This document shows positions 24,211 to 38,086 of a stretch of 64,000 nt of DNA, in pieces (within the stretch, counting starts at the first letter, position 1; each line of letters begins with the position of its first letter). This DNA comes from the human T2T-CHM13v2.0 reference genome, Homo sapiens. The stretch is from NCBI RefSeq assembly GCF_009914755.1, contig NC_060946.1. One strand, given 5' to 3'. The notes under the pieces are model-generated. The model made no database searches and was not told where the DNA came from. It saw only the letters and a program-made list of their open reading frames with translations. The position numbers were made by a program, and so were the translations under genes.

Positions 24211-27200
24211 ATGGAATGGAATACAATGCAGTTGCAGGGAATGGAAAGGAATAGATTGGAATTTAATGGAGTCTACTGGAATAAAATTCAGCGCAGTGGA
24301 ATGGAATGGATTGGAATAGAATGCAGTGGAGTGGAATGCAGTGGATATTAGTTGTGTGCAATGGAGTGGAGGGGAATGCTACTGAATGGAATGCAATGGA
24401 GTGGAGAGGAATGAAATGGAATGGAATGCATTGGAATGGAATGGAATGGAATGGAGTAGAATGGAATGAAATGTAGTGGAGGGGAATGCAATGGAATGCA
24501 ACCGAATGAGATGGAATGGAATGGAATGGAATGGAATGGAATGGAATGGAATGGAATGGAATGGAATGGAGGGGAGTGGAATGGAGTGGAGTGCAATAGA
24601 ATGGAATGGAATGGAGTGGAGTGGAGAATAAAAAAATGTAGTGTAGTGGAATGGAATGGAATCGATAGTAATGGAATGCAGTGGAGTGGAATAGAGGAGA
24701 TTGGAGTGATGTGAAATGGAGTGGAGAGAATGGTTTTGAGTCACATGTAATAGAGTGGAATGGCGAGCAGTGAAATGGAATGGAGTGGAAAGGAATGGAA
24801 TGGAATGGCATACAATGGAATGGAATGGAATGGAGTGAAGTGAAGTGGAATTGACTGGAGTGGAGAGGGATGGAGTGGATTTGAGTGGAATGGAGTGGAA
24901 TAGAGTGCAGTTGAATAGAATGGAAAGGAATGGAAAAGAGTGGAATGGAGTGTAATAGGTTAAACTGGAGTGCAGACGAAAGGAATTGAATGGAGTGAAA
25001 TGGAAAGGAATGGAGTGGACTGGAATGGAATGGAGTAGAATGGAGTGGAATGGAGTGGAGTGGAGTGGAATGGAATGGAATGGAGATGAATGAAATGGAG
25101 AATAGTGGAGTGGAGTAGAGTGGAGTTTAGTGGAGTGGAATGGAAAGGAGTAGAGTGGAATGGAATGTAGTGGAATGAACAGGAGTGGAGTGGAATGGAA
25201 TAGAATGGAGTGGAATGGAACGGAATGGAGTTGAGTGGACTGGATTGGAATGGAGGGTAATGGAGTGCAGTGTAGTGGAATGCACTGGAGTGGACTGGAA
25301 TAGAGTGGAGAGGAGTGGAGTGGAATAGAAGGGACTGGGGTGGAAGGGATAGAGAGGACTGGAATGGAATGAAATGCATTGAGTGGAATGGAATGGAATA
25401 TACAATGGAATGGAGAGGAATGGATTGCATTGGAGAGGAGTGGAGTGGAACGGAGTGGAGTGGAATGGAGTGCAATGGACTGTAAAAGAGTGGAGAGGAA
25501 TGAAATGGAGTGGAGTGGAATGGAATGGAGTGGTATGGAATAGAATGAAGTGTTATGGAATGGAAAGGAATGGAATGGAATGGAATAGAGTTTAGTGGAA
25601 TGGAAAGGAGTGGAGTTGAATGCATTGGAGTGGAATGGAGTGGAATGGAGTGGAATGGAGTGGAATGGAGAGGAGTGTAATGGAACGGAGTGGAGTGGAG
25701 TGGAGTGGAATGGAATGGTATTGAATAGAATTGAATGGAGTTTAATGGAAATGAATGGAACAGAGAGGAATGAAATTGAATGTAGTGCAGTGGAGTGAAG
25801 TGGAATGGAGTGGAGTGGAATGCAGCGTAATGGAGTGGAATGAAATGGAATGGAGTGTTGTGAAATGGAATGGAGGGGAGTTTAATGAGTGGAATGGAGG
25901 GAAGTATAGTGGAAAGGATTGGAATGAAGTGGAATGGAATGGAATAGAATGGAATGGAATGAGTGGAGTTGAGTGAAGTGGAATGGAATGGAGTCGAGAT
26001 GAATAGAGTGGAATTTAATGGAATGGAATGCAGTGGAATTGAATGGAATGGAGTGGAGTGGAGTTGAGTGGAATAGAGGGTATTGAAATGGAATGGAATG
26101 GAGTGGAACGGAGTGGGGTGGAGTGGAATGGAATGCAGTGGATCGGAATTGAAGGGAATGAAGTGGAGCGGAAAGAATTGGAGTGGATTGGAAAGGAATA
26201 GAGTAGAGTGGAATGGAGTGGTGTGGACTAACATGGAGTGGACACGAATGGAGAAAAGTACAATGGAGTGAAAAGTAATGGACTGGAAGGGAATGGAATG
26301 GAATGAAGTGGAGTGGAAAGGACTGGAGTGGAATGGATTCGAGGTGAATGTAGTGGAGTGGAAATGAATGTAGTGGAATGGATTAGAATGGAGTGGAATT
26401 GAGTGGAATGGAATGCAGTGGAGTGGAGAGGAAAGGAGTGGAGTAGTTTGGAACGGCACTGAAAGGCAGGGAGAGGAAATGAATGCAGTTGAATGGAGTG
26501 GAGTTCAATGGAGTGCAGTGGAATGGAGTTGAGTGGAGTGGAATGGAATGGAATGGAATGCAATTCAGTGGAATACAATGGAATGGAAAGGAATGAAATG
26601 GAATGGAATGGAGTGGAAGTAAATTTAGCGGAGTGGAATGGATTGGAGCGGAATGGAATGGAATGAAATGGCATGGAATGGAGTGGAGTGGAGAGGAGTG
26701 GAGTGTAATGGAATGGAGTGGAGTGGATTGGCATGGAATGGAGTGGAGTTGAATGTAACGGAATGGAGTGGAATGGAGTGGAGAAGACTGGAGTGTAGTG
26801 GAGTGGAATGGGGTGGAGTGGAATGGAGTGGAGTGTATTGCAGTGGGGTGGATATGAATGGAATGGAGTGTAGTAGAAGGGAATTGAATAGCGTGGAGTG
26901 GTGTGGAGTAGAGTGGAATGGAGTAGAGTGGAGTGGGGTGGAACGGAATGAAGTGGAGTGAATTGGAGTGGAGCGGAATGGAGTGTAATGGAAAAGAGTG
27001 GAGAGGAATGCAACGGAATTTATTGCAATGGAAAGGAAGGGAATGGAATGGAGTGGAAGGGAATGGAATGAATTGGAGAGGAATGGAAAGGAGTGTAAAC
27101 GAATGGAGTGGAGATTTATGGAATTGAGAGGAGTGGATTCTAATGGAATGGAGTGGAGTGGAATTGAATGAAGCGGAGTGAAATGGATTGCAGTGGAGTG

Positions 27201-28589
27201 GAGTGCAGTGGAATGGAGAGGAGTTTAGTGGAGAGGAATGGAATGGAGTGTAATGGAGAGGAGTGGTGTGCAATGCAGTGGAGTGGAATGGAATGGAGTG
27301 GAGTGGAGTGGAATGGAATGGAGTAGAGTTGAATGGACAGGAATGGAGTGGAATGGAGTGGAGTAGAGTTGAATGAAGTGGAGTGGAGTGTAACGGAATG
27401 TGTTGGAGTGGAGAGGAGTGAGTTTTAAGGGAGTGGAATGGAGTGGAAAGGAGTGGAGTAGAATGGAATGGAGTAGAGTGGAATGGAAAGGAATGGAATG
27501 GAATGGATTGGAGTGGACTGGAGTGGAGTGAAACGCAATGAAATGGAATGGAGTGGAATGGGATGGAATGGAACAGAGAGGAGTGGAATGAAGTAAAGTG
27601 GAATGGAATGGAGAGGAATATAATGTAGTGGAACGGAATGGAGTGGTGTGAAATGGAATGTAGGGGAATGGAGTGGAGTGAATTGGAATGGAATGGAATA
27701 TAGTGGAATGGATTGGAATGTAACGTAGTGACGTGGAATGAAAAGGAATGGAATGGAATGAAGTGGTGTGGAATGTATTGGATTGGAGTGGAGTGGATTG
27801 AAATGGAGTGGAATAAAATAGAATGGAATGGAATGTATTGGAGTGGAATGAGGGGAGTGGAACGGAGTGGAATGCAATGGAGTGGATTGTAGTGGAATGA
27901 AATGGAGTGGAACGGAGTGGAATGCAATGGAGTGGATTGGAGTGGAATGGAGTGGAGTGGAGTGGAATGGAGTGCAATGGAATGTGGTGGAATGGAATGG
28001 AGTGCAATGGAGTGGAATGTATTGGAGAAGAGTGGAATGGAATGGAGTTGAGTGGAAAGGAATGGAATATAATGGAGTCGAATGGAATGGAATGGAATGG
28101 AATAGAATGGAAAAGAATGGAGCGTAGTGGAGTGGAGTGGAGGGGAATTTAACGAAGTGGAAAGGAGAGCAGTGGAATTGAATTGAGTGACGTGGAATGG
28201 AATGGAGTGTATAGGAATGGCAAGAAGAAAGTGGAATGGAAAGGAGTGGAGTGAAATGGAGTGCACAGGAGTCGAATGGAATGGAATGGAATGGAATGGA
28301 ATGGAATGCAATGGAGTGGAAAGGAATGTGTTGGAATGGAGAGCAATGGAATAGAGTAGAGTGGAATAAAATGAAGTGGAGTGGAAAGGAATTGAGTGTA
28401 ACTTAATGGAATGGAGTGGAGTGGAGTGAACTGGTTTGGAGTGGAATGGAATGGAATGCAGTTGAATGGAGTGGAATGGAGTTTAGTGGAGTGGAAATGA
28501 ATGGAATGGTATAGAGTGTAGTGGAATGGAATGCAGTGGAGTAAAATGTAGAGGAGTGTAATGGAGTGGAGTGGAGTGGAATGGAATGG

Positions 28590-30100
28590 AGTGAGGTGGA
28601 ATTTAATGGAATGGAATGGAGTGCAGTGGAATGGAATGCAGTGGTTTGGAATGGAGTGGAAGGAAATGGAATAGAATGAAGTGGAGTGAAATAGAGTGGT
28701 AGGAATGGAGTGGAGTGGAATGGAATGGAATTAAACGGAATGGAATGAAATGAAATGGAGTGGAATAGAATGAAATGGAGTGTAAAGGAATGGAGTGGAG
28801 TGGAATAAAAAGAGTGCAGTGGAATGGAAAGGAATGTAGTGGAAAGGAAGGAAGTGGAGTGGAGTGGATTTGAGTGGAATGGAATGGAGTGGAATGGAAT
28901 GGAGTGGAGTGAAATGCAATGGACTGGAATGCAATGGAGAAGAGTTGAGTGGAATGGAGTGTGGTGGAATATAGTGGAGTGGTGTGGAATGGAATGCAGT
29001 GGAGAGGAGTGAAGTGGAGAGGTGTGGAATGAAATGGAACAGAGCGGAAAGGAGTGGAGAGGAATGTATTGGAGATGAAAGGAATGGAAGAGAGTGGAAA
29101 GGAGTGGAATGGGAAGGAGTTCAATAGAATGGAATGGAGGGGAATGGAATGGAGTAGAGTGGAAAAAAGTGGAGTGGGGTGGAATGGAATTAAATGGAAT
29201 GGAGTGGAATGGAATGGAATGCAGTTGAATGTAGTGGAATGGAGTTTAGTGGAGTGGAAAGGAAAGGAATGGCATGGAGTGGAGTGGAATGGAATGGAGT
29301 AGAGTGGAAAGTAGGGGAGTGTAATGGAGTGGAGTGGAACGGAATGGAGTGGAGAGGAGTGGAATGGAAGGGAGTGGGGTGGAATTTAATGGAATGGAAT
29401 GGAGTGCAGTGGAATGGAATGCAGCGGTTTTAATGGAGTGGAAGGAAATGGAATCGAATGAAGTGGAGTGAAATAGAGTGGTTGGAATGGAGTGGAGTGG
29501 AATGAAGTGGAGTGGAGTGGAATGGAATGGAATTAAATGGAATGGAATGGAATGAAATAGAGTGGAATAGAATGAAATGGAGTGGAAAGGAAAGGAGTGG
29601 AGTGGAATAAAAAGAGTGCAGCGGAATGGAAAGGAATGTAGGGGAAACGCAGGAAGTGGAGTGGAGTGGATTTGAGTGGAATCGAATGTAGTGGAATGGA
29701 ATGGAATGGAGTGGAATAGAATGGAGAAGAGTGGAGTGGAATGGAGTGGGGTGGAATGTAGTGGAGTGGTGTGGAATGGAATGCAGTGGAGAGGAGTGAA
29801 GTGGAGAGCTGTGGAATGAAATGGAATAGAGTGGAATGGAGTGGAGTGGAATGTATTAGAGATGAAAGGAATGGAAGGGATTGGAAAGGAGTGGAATGGA
29901 AAGGAGTTCAATAGAATGGAATGGGGGGGAATGGAATGAAGTGGACTGGAATAGAGTGGAGTGGAGTGGAATGGAATGGAAAGGAATGGAGTGGAATGGA
30001 TTGGCCTGGAGGGGAATAAAGTGGGGTGGAGTGGAATGGAATGGAAATGAATGGAATGGAATGGGATGGAATGGAGTAGCCTGGAATGTAATGTAATGGA
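28590..30100 (+). repeat. ~785-800-bp tandem duplication
   Basis: ggaatttaatggaatggaatggagtgcagtgg 28598/29381; ggaataaaaagagtgcag 28802/29604; gagatgaaaggaatggaag 29072/29859; tcaatagaatggaatgg 29121/29908. Confidence 0.92.
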
Positions 30101-32061
30101 GTGGAGTGCAATGGAATGGAGTGGAGGGGAATAAAGTGGAATGGAGTGGAATGGAATTGAATGGAATGGAGTGGAATGTAATGGAGTGGCCTGGAATGGA
30201 ATGGAATGTAGTGGATTGCAAAGGATTGGAGTGGAATGCAGGGGAGTTGAGTGCAATGGAGTGCAGAGGAATGAAATGTAGTGGAATTGAATGGAATGGA
30301 AAGTAACGGAGTGGAGTGGAATGGAATGGAGTGGAACGAAATGGAAACGAATGAAGTGGAGTGGAACGGAGTGGAGTGGAAAGGAGTGGAGTGGAGTGGA
30401 ATGGAATGGAATTAAATGGAATGGAGTGGAATGCAATGGAGTGGAATGGAATGAAATGGAGTGGAAAGGAATGGAGTGAAGTGTAATAAAATGGATAGAA
30501 TTGGAAAGGAAAGGAATGGAGTGGAATGGAATGGAGTGGAGTGGAGTGGAGTGGAATGGAATGGAGGAGAACAGAATGTAATGGAAAGAATGCAATAGAG
30601 TGGAATGGAATGCAATGGAATGCAAAGGAATGCAATAGAATGGAAAATAATGGAATGGAGTAATGGAATTGAATGGAATGAAAAAGAATGAAATGGAATG
30701 GAGTGGAGTGGAGTGGAATGGAATGGAATGGAATGGAATGGAGTGGAATGAAATGGAAAGGAGTGGAGTGGAGTGGAATGGAAGGGAGTTGGGAGGAATG
30801 AAGTGGATTGGAATGGAGTGGAGTGGAATGGAATAGAATGCCCTAGGATGGAATGAAATGGAGTGGAATGGAATAGAATGCAGTGGAGTGGAAATGAATG
30901 GAGTGGATTGAAATGGAACAGAGTGGAATGGAACGGAATGAAGTGGAGTGGAATTACATGAACTGAAGCGCAATGGAATAGAACAGAGTGGAATGGAATG
31001 GAGAGTAGTGTAGTGTAGTGGAGTAGAGTGGAATGGGGTGGAATATAATGGAATGAAGTGAAATGGAGAGGAATGGAGTGGAGTGCAGAGGAGTGGACTA
31101 GAGTGTAGTGCAATGGAGTGGAGTGGAATAGAGTGCAATGGAATGGAATGGAATAGAGTGGAGTGAACTGGAGTGGACTGGAGTGGACTGGAGTGGGCAG
31201 GAATGGAGTGTAGTTGAATTTATTGGAGTTTAATGGATAGGAGTGGAGTGGAATGAAATCGAGTGGAATGGATACGAGTGGAGTGGAATGGAATGGAGTG
31301 CAGTGGAATAGAATGGAATGGAGTGGAGTGGATTGGATAGGAATGGAGCTGAATGGAGTGGAGTGGAGTGGAATGCAGTGGAGTGGAGTGGAATAGAGTG
31401 GAGAGGAGTGGAGAAAAATGGAATGGATTGGAGTGGAAAGGGATGGAGTGGACTAGAATGAAATGAAACGGAGTGGAGTGAAAAGGAATGGAATGGAACG
31501 GAATGGAGAGGAATGGATTGGAGTGGAGAAGAGTCTAGTGGAATGGAATGGAGTTGAGATGAAAGGAATGGAAAGGAGTGGAGGGGAATGGAATGGATTG
31601 GAGTGGAATGGAGGGGAGTGGAATGGAATGGAGTGGAGTGGAATACAGTGCAATGGAATGGAAATGAATGGAATGGAATGGAAAGGAATGGAATGGAATG
31701 GAATCGAATCGAATGGAATGGAGGGGACTGTAGTGGAGTGGAGTGGAACGGAGTTTAGTGAATTGAGTGGAGTGGAGTGAAATGGATTCGAGTGGAATGG
31801 AATGGAGTGGAGTTCAGTGGGATGGAATGGAGTGGGGTGGAATGCAATGGAGTGGAATAGTGTGGAGTAGAGTGGAAGGGATTGAAGATGAGTTTAGTGG
31901 AGTGGAATGGAATGGAGTGGAGTTGAGTGGAGTGGACTTGAGTGGAGTGGAATGGAGTGCAGCAGAATGGAGTGGAGTGGAATGGGAAGCAGTGGAGTGG
32001 AAAGAATGGACTGGAAAGGATAGGAGTAGAGTGGTGTGCAATGGATAAGAGTGGAGTGTCG

Positions 32062-32166
32062 TGGAATGGAATGGAGTGGAATGGAATGGAATGGAGTGGA
32101 ATGGAATGGAATGGAGTGGAATGGAATGGAATGGAGTGGAATGGAATGGAATGGAGTGGAATGGAA
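32062..32166 (+). repeat. Perfect 20-bp minisatellite [(GGAAT)3 GGAGT] x~5
   Basis: atggaatggaatggagtgga repeats without error in 20-bp register. Confidence 0.88.
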
Positions 32167-33450
32167 CGGAATGGAAAGGAGTGGATTGGATTGGAATGGA
32201 GGGAAATGGAGTGGAGTGTAATGCAGTGGAGTGGAGTGAAATGGAGTGGAGAGGAGTGGAGTGGAATGGAATGGATTGGGGTGTAAGTGATGGTGTGGAC
32301 TGGAATAGAATGAAATGGAGTGGAGTGCAATGGAATGGAATCGAATGAAATGGAATGGAATGCAATGAGGTGGAATGGAGAGGATTGGATACCAGTGGAG
32401 TGGAATAAAGTGGATTGCAATGGAGTGCAATGGAGAGCAGTGGAATGGAACGATGTGAAGTGGAATGTAATGGAGGGGAATGGAATGGAATGGAATGGAG
32501 TGGAATCGAGTGGAATGGAATCGAATGGAATGGTTTTTAATGGAATGGAGTGGAGTGGAATAAAATGTAGTGCAGTGTAATGGAATGCAATGAATTGTAA
32601 TGGAATGGATTGGATTGGAATGGATCAGAGTGGAACACTGTGGAATGGAGTGGATTGGAATGGTATTGAGTGGAGCAGAATGAAATGGGGTGGAATGGAA
32701 TGGTATGTAATGAAATGTAATGTAATTGAATGGAATGAAAAGGAATGGAGTACAATGGAATGGAATGGAATGGAATGGATTGGAGTACAGCCGTGTGAAT
32801 TGGAGTGTATTCCAATGGAATGTATTGGAATGGAGATCAGTGTTATGGTACGGAGTGGAGTGAAATGAAATGGAATGGAGTGGAGTGGAGTGGAGTGGAA
32901 TCGAGAAGAGTGGAATGGAACTGAGAGTGGTGGATTGGAGTGGAATGTACTGGATTGGAGTAGAGTTGAGTGGAAAGGAGTTGAGTGGAATGGAGTGGAA
33001 TGCAGTGGAATAGAGTGTAGTGGAGGGAAATGGAGTGGAGTGGAGTGGACTGGAATGGATTGGAGTGGAATGGAGTTGAGTGAAGTGGAATGGACTGGAA
33101 TGAAAGGGAATGGAGTGCAATGGAATGAATTGCAGTAGAATGGAGTGGAATTGAGTGGAGAGGAGTGGAATGTAATTGAGTGGAGTGGAATGGAATGGAA
33201 TGGAGTGGAATGGAATGGACTGGAATGGAATGGAATTGAATGGAATGGAACGGAAATGAATGCAATGGAATGGAAAGGAAACGAATGGAACAGAGTGGAG
33301 TGATATGCAATGGATTGGAGTGGAAAATATTGGAGTGTAGTGGAATAAATTGCAGTGGAGTGGAATGGAGTGGAATGGAATGGAGTGGATTAGAACGGAG
33401 TGTAGTGGATTGGAATGGAGGGGACAGGAGTGGAATGGATTGCGGAGTAG

Positions 33451-33680
33451 TGGAATGGAGTAGAGTGCTGTGGAGTGGAGTGGAATGGAATGGAATGGAG
33501 TAGATTGCTGTGGAGTGGAGTGGAATGGAATGTAATGGAATGGAAAGGAGTGGTGTGAAATGGAATGGAGTGGAGAGTAGTGGAATGGAGTGGAGAGGAC
33601 AGGAATGGAATTGAGGGAGTGGAATGGAGTGGAGAGTAGTGGAATGGAGTGGAGAGGACAGGAATGGAATTGAGTGGAGT
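33451..33680 (+). repeat. Adjacent 40-bp (33451-33530) and 59-bp (33562-33680) tandem duplications
   Basis: tggaatggagtaga(g/t)tgctgtggagtggagtggaatggaa x2; ggagagtagtggaatggagtggagaggacaggaatggaattgag at 33572/33631. Confidence 0.88.
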
Positions 33681-35780
33681 GGAATGGAGTGGGATGGAGT
33701 GGAATGGATTGAAGTGGAGTGGAGAGTAAGCTAATGGGATGGAGTGGAATGAAATGGAATGGAGGATAGTGGAGTGCAAAAGAGTGGAGTGGAGACAGGA
33801 ATGGAAAGGAGTGGAGTGGAATGGAGTGGAGGGTAAAGGAATTTACTGGAGTGGAGTGGAGTGGAATGGAATATAATGGAGTGAAATGGAATGGAATATA
33901 ATGGAGTGGAATGGAATGGAATTTACTGGAGTAGAGTGGAATGGCAAGAATAGAATGTAATGTAGTGTAATGGAATGTAAAGGAGTGGAGTGGAGTGAAT
34001 GGAATAGAATGGAGTGAAATGGAATGGTGTGGACTGGAGTTGAATGGAGTGTAGTGGACTGGAATGCAATTCAGTACAGTGGAGTGGAGTGGAATGGAAT
34101 GGAATGGAATGGAGAGGACTGGAGTGGATTGGGATGGAATGGAATGGAGTGGAATGGAGTGTAACGGACTGGAGGAGAGTGGAGTGGAATAAATGGAATG
34201 AAGTGGAATGGAATGGAGTGGAGAGTGGTGGAGTGGACTGGAATGGAATGGAGTGGACTGGAATGGAGAGGAGGGGAGTGGATGGGAGGGGAGTGGAATG
34301 GAAAGGAGTGGAGTGGAATTGAGTGGAGTGGCGTGAAATTGAGTGGAGTGGAGTGGAATGTAGTGGAGTGGAGTAGAATGGAATGGAATGGAATGGAATT
34401 GAATGGAATGGAATGGAATAAAATGGAAAGGAACAGAGGGGAATGGAATGGAATGCAATGGAGTGGAGAGTAATGGAGCAGAGTGGAGTGGAATGGAGTG
34501 GAATGGAATGGAATAGAATGTAATAGAATGCAATGTAATGAAGTAGAGTGGAGTGGAATGGAGTGTAATGCTGTGGAGTGGAGAAGAATGGAATGGGGTG
34601 GATTGGAAGGTAATGGAATGGAGTAGAATGCATTTCAATGGAATGTCATGGAGTGGAGTGCAGTGAAGTGGAGTGGATTAGAGTGGAGTTAAGGAGAATG
34701 GAATGGAGTGGGATGGCGAGTAGTGGAATGGAATCAATTGGAGTGCAATGTAATGGAGTAGAATGGAATGGAGTGGAATGAAGTGGATTGGAAATGAGTG
34801 GAGTGGAATGTAGTGGAGTGGATTGGAATGGAATAGAGTGGAATGGAGTGGAGTGGAATGGAATGGAATAGAGTGGAGTGTAATGGAATGGAAGGGAATG
34901 GAGTGGCATCGAATTGAATGATATGCAGTGGAGTGGACTGGAGTGGACTGGAGTAGAAGGTCATGGAATCGATGGGAAAGGCGTGGTGTATAATGGAATA
35001 GAGTGTAGTGGAATGGAACGGAATGGAGTGGAGTGGAACGGAGTTCAATGGGGAGCAGTGCAACGGAATGATGTGAACTGGAATGTAATGGAGTAGAATG
35101 CAACGGAAAGGAATGAAGTGGATTAGAATGGAGCGGAGTGGAAAGGAGTGTAGTAGAGTGGAATGGAATGGAATACAGTGTAATGAAATGGAGTGGACTG
35201 GAATGGAATCGAATGGGGTGGAACGGAATGGAGTGGAGTGGAATAAAATGGAGTCCAGTGGAATGGAGTGGAGTGGAGTAGTTTGGAAAGGAGTGGAGTG
35301 CAATGCTAGTGAGGGGAGTTGAATGGAATGGAGTGGAATGGAATAAAACGAAATGGAAAGCAAAGGAAAGGAATCGAATGGAATTGAATGGAATGTAGTG
35401 GAATGGAATTGAATGGAATGGAGTTGATTGGAATGAAATGGAATGAAATGGATTAGAGTGGAGTGGAGTAGAGTGGAGTGGAGTGGAGATCAATGGAATG
35501 GAGTGGAATGCAGACAAGTGGGATGGAATGGAGTGGAGTGAAATGAAATTGAATGGAGTAGAGTGGAATGGAATGGAATGGAGTGGTGTGGAATGGAATG
35601 GAGTAGAAAGGAATTGAAAGGAGGGAATGGAGTGCAATAGAGTGCTGTGGAGTGGAATGGAGAAGAATGGAATGGAATGGAATGGAGTGGAATGGAGTGG
35701 AATGGAATGGAATGGAATGGAGTGGAATGGAATTGATTGGAGTGGAGTGGAGTGGAGGGCAATGGAATGGAGTGGAATGG

Positions 35781-35970
35781 AGTGGAGTGGAATGGAGTAG
35801 AGTGGAATGGAGAGGAGGGGAGTGTTGTGTAATGGAGTGGAGTGGAGTAGAGTGGAGCGCAGTGGAGTGGAATGGAGTACAGTGGAATGGAGAGGAGGGG
35901 AGTGTTGTGTAAGGGAGTGGAGTGGAGTTGAGTGGAGCGCAGTGGAGTGGAATGGAGTCGAGTGGAATGG
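35781..35970 (+). repeat. 80-bp tandem duplication
   Basis: agaggaggggagtgttgtgtaa at 35811/35891; agtggagcgcagtgg at 35851/35931. Confidence 0.9.
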
Positions 35971-37952
35971 AATGGACTGGAATGGAAAGGAGTTGAGTGG
36001 AATGGAGTGGAGTGGAGGGAAATGGAGTGGAGTGTAGTGGACTGGACTGGAAGTGAATGGAGTGAATTGGAAAGGAGTGGAAAGGAGTTGAATAGTGTGG
36101 AATGGAGTGTAGCGTTGTGTAATGGAATGGACTGGATTGGAATGGAATGGAATTGACTAGAGTGGAATGGACTAGAATGGAGTGGAGTGGAGGGAAAAGG
36201 AGTGGAGTGGAGTGGAGTGGAATGGAGTGGAGTGGAGTGGAATGGAGTCGAGTGGAATGGAATGGATTGGAATGGAAAGGAATGGAATGGAGTGGAGTGG
36301 AATGGAGAGTAGTAGAACGTAATGGAATAAAGTGGAGTGGAATGGAATTGAGAGGAGTGGAGTGAAGTGGAATGGAGTGGATTAAAGTGGAATGGAATGA
36401 AGTTGAGTAGAATGGAGTGGAAAGGAGTGAAATGCAGTGGAATGCAATAGAAAGGAATGGAATGGAATCTAAGGGAATGGAAATGAAAGAAATGGAGAGG
36501 AATGGAATGGAGTGGAGTGGAGTGTAATGGAGAAGAGTGGAGAAACACGGAGTGGAATGGAAAGGAATGCAGTGCAATGGAGTGGAATATATTGGAGTGG
36601 AGAGGATTTTAGTAGAGTTGAGTGAAATAAAGTGGAATGGAATGGGAGGGAATTGAATCCAATGGAACATAATGGAATGGAATACAACGGAATGGATTGC
36701 ATTGGAATGGAATGGAATGGAGTAGACGGGAATTGAATGGAATGGAGTGGATGGAATTGGAATGGATTGGAGTGGAATGGAGTGGAGTTCATCGTAATGG
36801 AGTGGAATGGAGTGCAATGGAGAGGAACGGAATGTAGTGGCATGGTATGAAGTGGAATGGCATGGAATAATTTGGAATGCAGTGGAGTGGTATTGAACAG
36901 AGAGGATTGGAATAGAATGGAGAGGACTGGAATGGAATGGAATGGAATGGAATGGAATGGAATGGAATGGAATGGAAAGGAATGGAATGGAATGGATTGG
37001 AGTGAAGTGGAGTGCATAGCAGGGGAATGGAATGGAAAGGAATGGAGAGGAACGGAATGGCGGGTAGTGGAATGGAGAAAAGTGGAGAAAAATGGAATGG
37101 AATGGAATGGAATGGAATGGAATGGAATGGAATGGAATGGAATGGAGTGGAGTGGAATGGAAGGAAATGGTGTGGAATGGAGTGGAATTGAGTAGAGTGG
37201 CATGGACTGGAATGGAATGGAATGGAATGGAGTGGAATGGAATGGAAAGGATGGGAGTGCAATGGAGTGGAACAGAATGGAATGTAAAGGAATCGAATGG
37301 AGTAAAGTGGAGTGAAATGGAATGGAATGGATTGGAATGCAGTTGAGTGGAGTGGAACGAAATGAAACGGAGTGGAATGGAGAGGAGTGGAATGTAATGG
37401 AATAGAGTTGAACATAATGGAGTGGATTTGAGCGCAGTGGGGTGGAGTGTAATGTTATGGAATGGAATGGAATGGAATGGAATGGAGTGAAATGGAGTGA
37501 AATTCAGTGGAGTGGAATGCAGTGGACTGGAGAGGAATGGAATGAAGTGAAATAAAATGGAAGGAAATAAAATTGAATGGAATGGTATGGAGTAGAATGG
37601 ACTAGAATGGAATGGAATGGAAAGGGATGGAATGCATTGGAATGGAATGGAATGGACTTTCATGGAATGGAGTGGAGTGGAATACAATGGAATGGAGTGG
37701 AATGGATAGGACTGGAGTGCAGTAGAGTGGAGAGGAGAGAAATGGAATGGACTTCAACGGAATGGGATTTAGAATGGAGTGCAATGGAGTGGAATTGAGT
37801 GGAGTGGACAGGAATGGAATAGAATGGAGTGGAATGGAATAGAATGGATTGGAATGGAATGCCACGGCATGGACTGGAGTAGAGTGAAGTGGAGTGGAGT
37901 GGAGTGGAGCTGAGGGGAATGGAATGGAGTGGAGAGGACAGGAATGGAATGA

Positions 37953-38086
37953 AGTGGAGTGGAATGTAATGGTGTACAGTGGAATGAAATGGAAAGTAGT
38001 AATTGGAATGTAGTGGAGTGGAATGTAATGGTGTACAGTGGAATGAAATGGAAAGTAGTAATTGGAATGTAGTGGAGTGGAATGTA
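37953..38086 (+). repeat. Exact 59-bp tandem duplication (x2.3)
   Basis: agtggagtggaatgtaatggtgtacagtggaatgaaatggaaagtagtaattggaatgt at 37953 and 38012. Confidence 0.92.

Noticed and set aside
24731-24750. TGAGTCA (AP-1 consensus, 24737-24743) overlapping a CACATG E-box in a non-pentamer patch
   Set aside because: It is a single short match only a few substitutions from the TGAGT pentamer background, which is expected by chance in 64 kb.
34690-35370. Possible ~340-bp tandem duplication (ggcgagtagtgg ~34715 versus gggagcagtgc ~35051)
   Set aside because: The similarity holds for only about 80 bp and I could not extend it by eye, so it is not reported as a feature.
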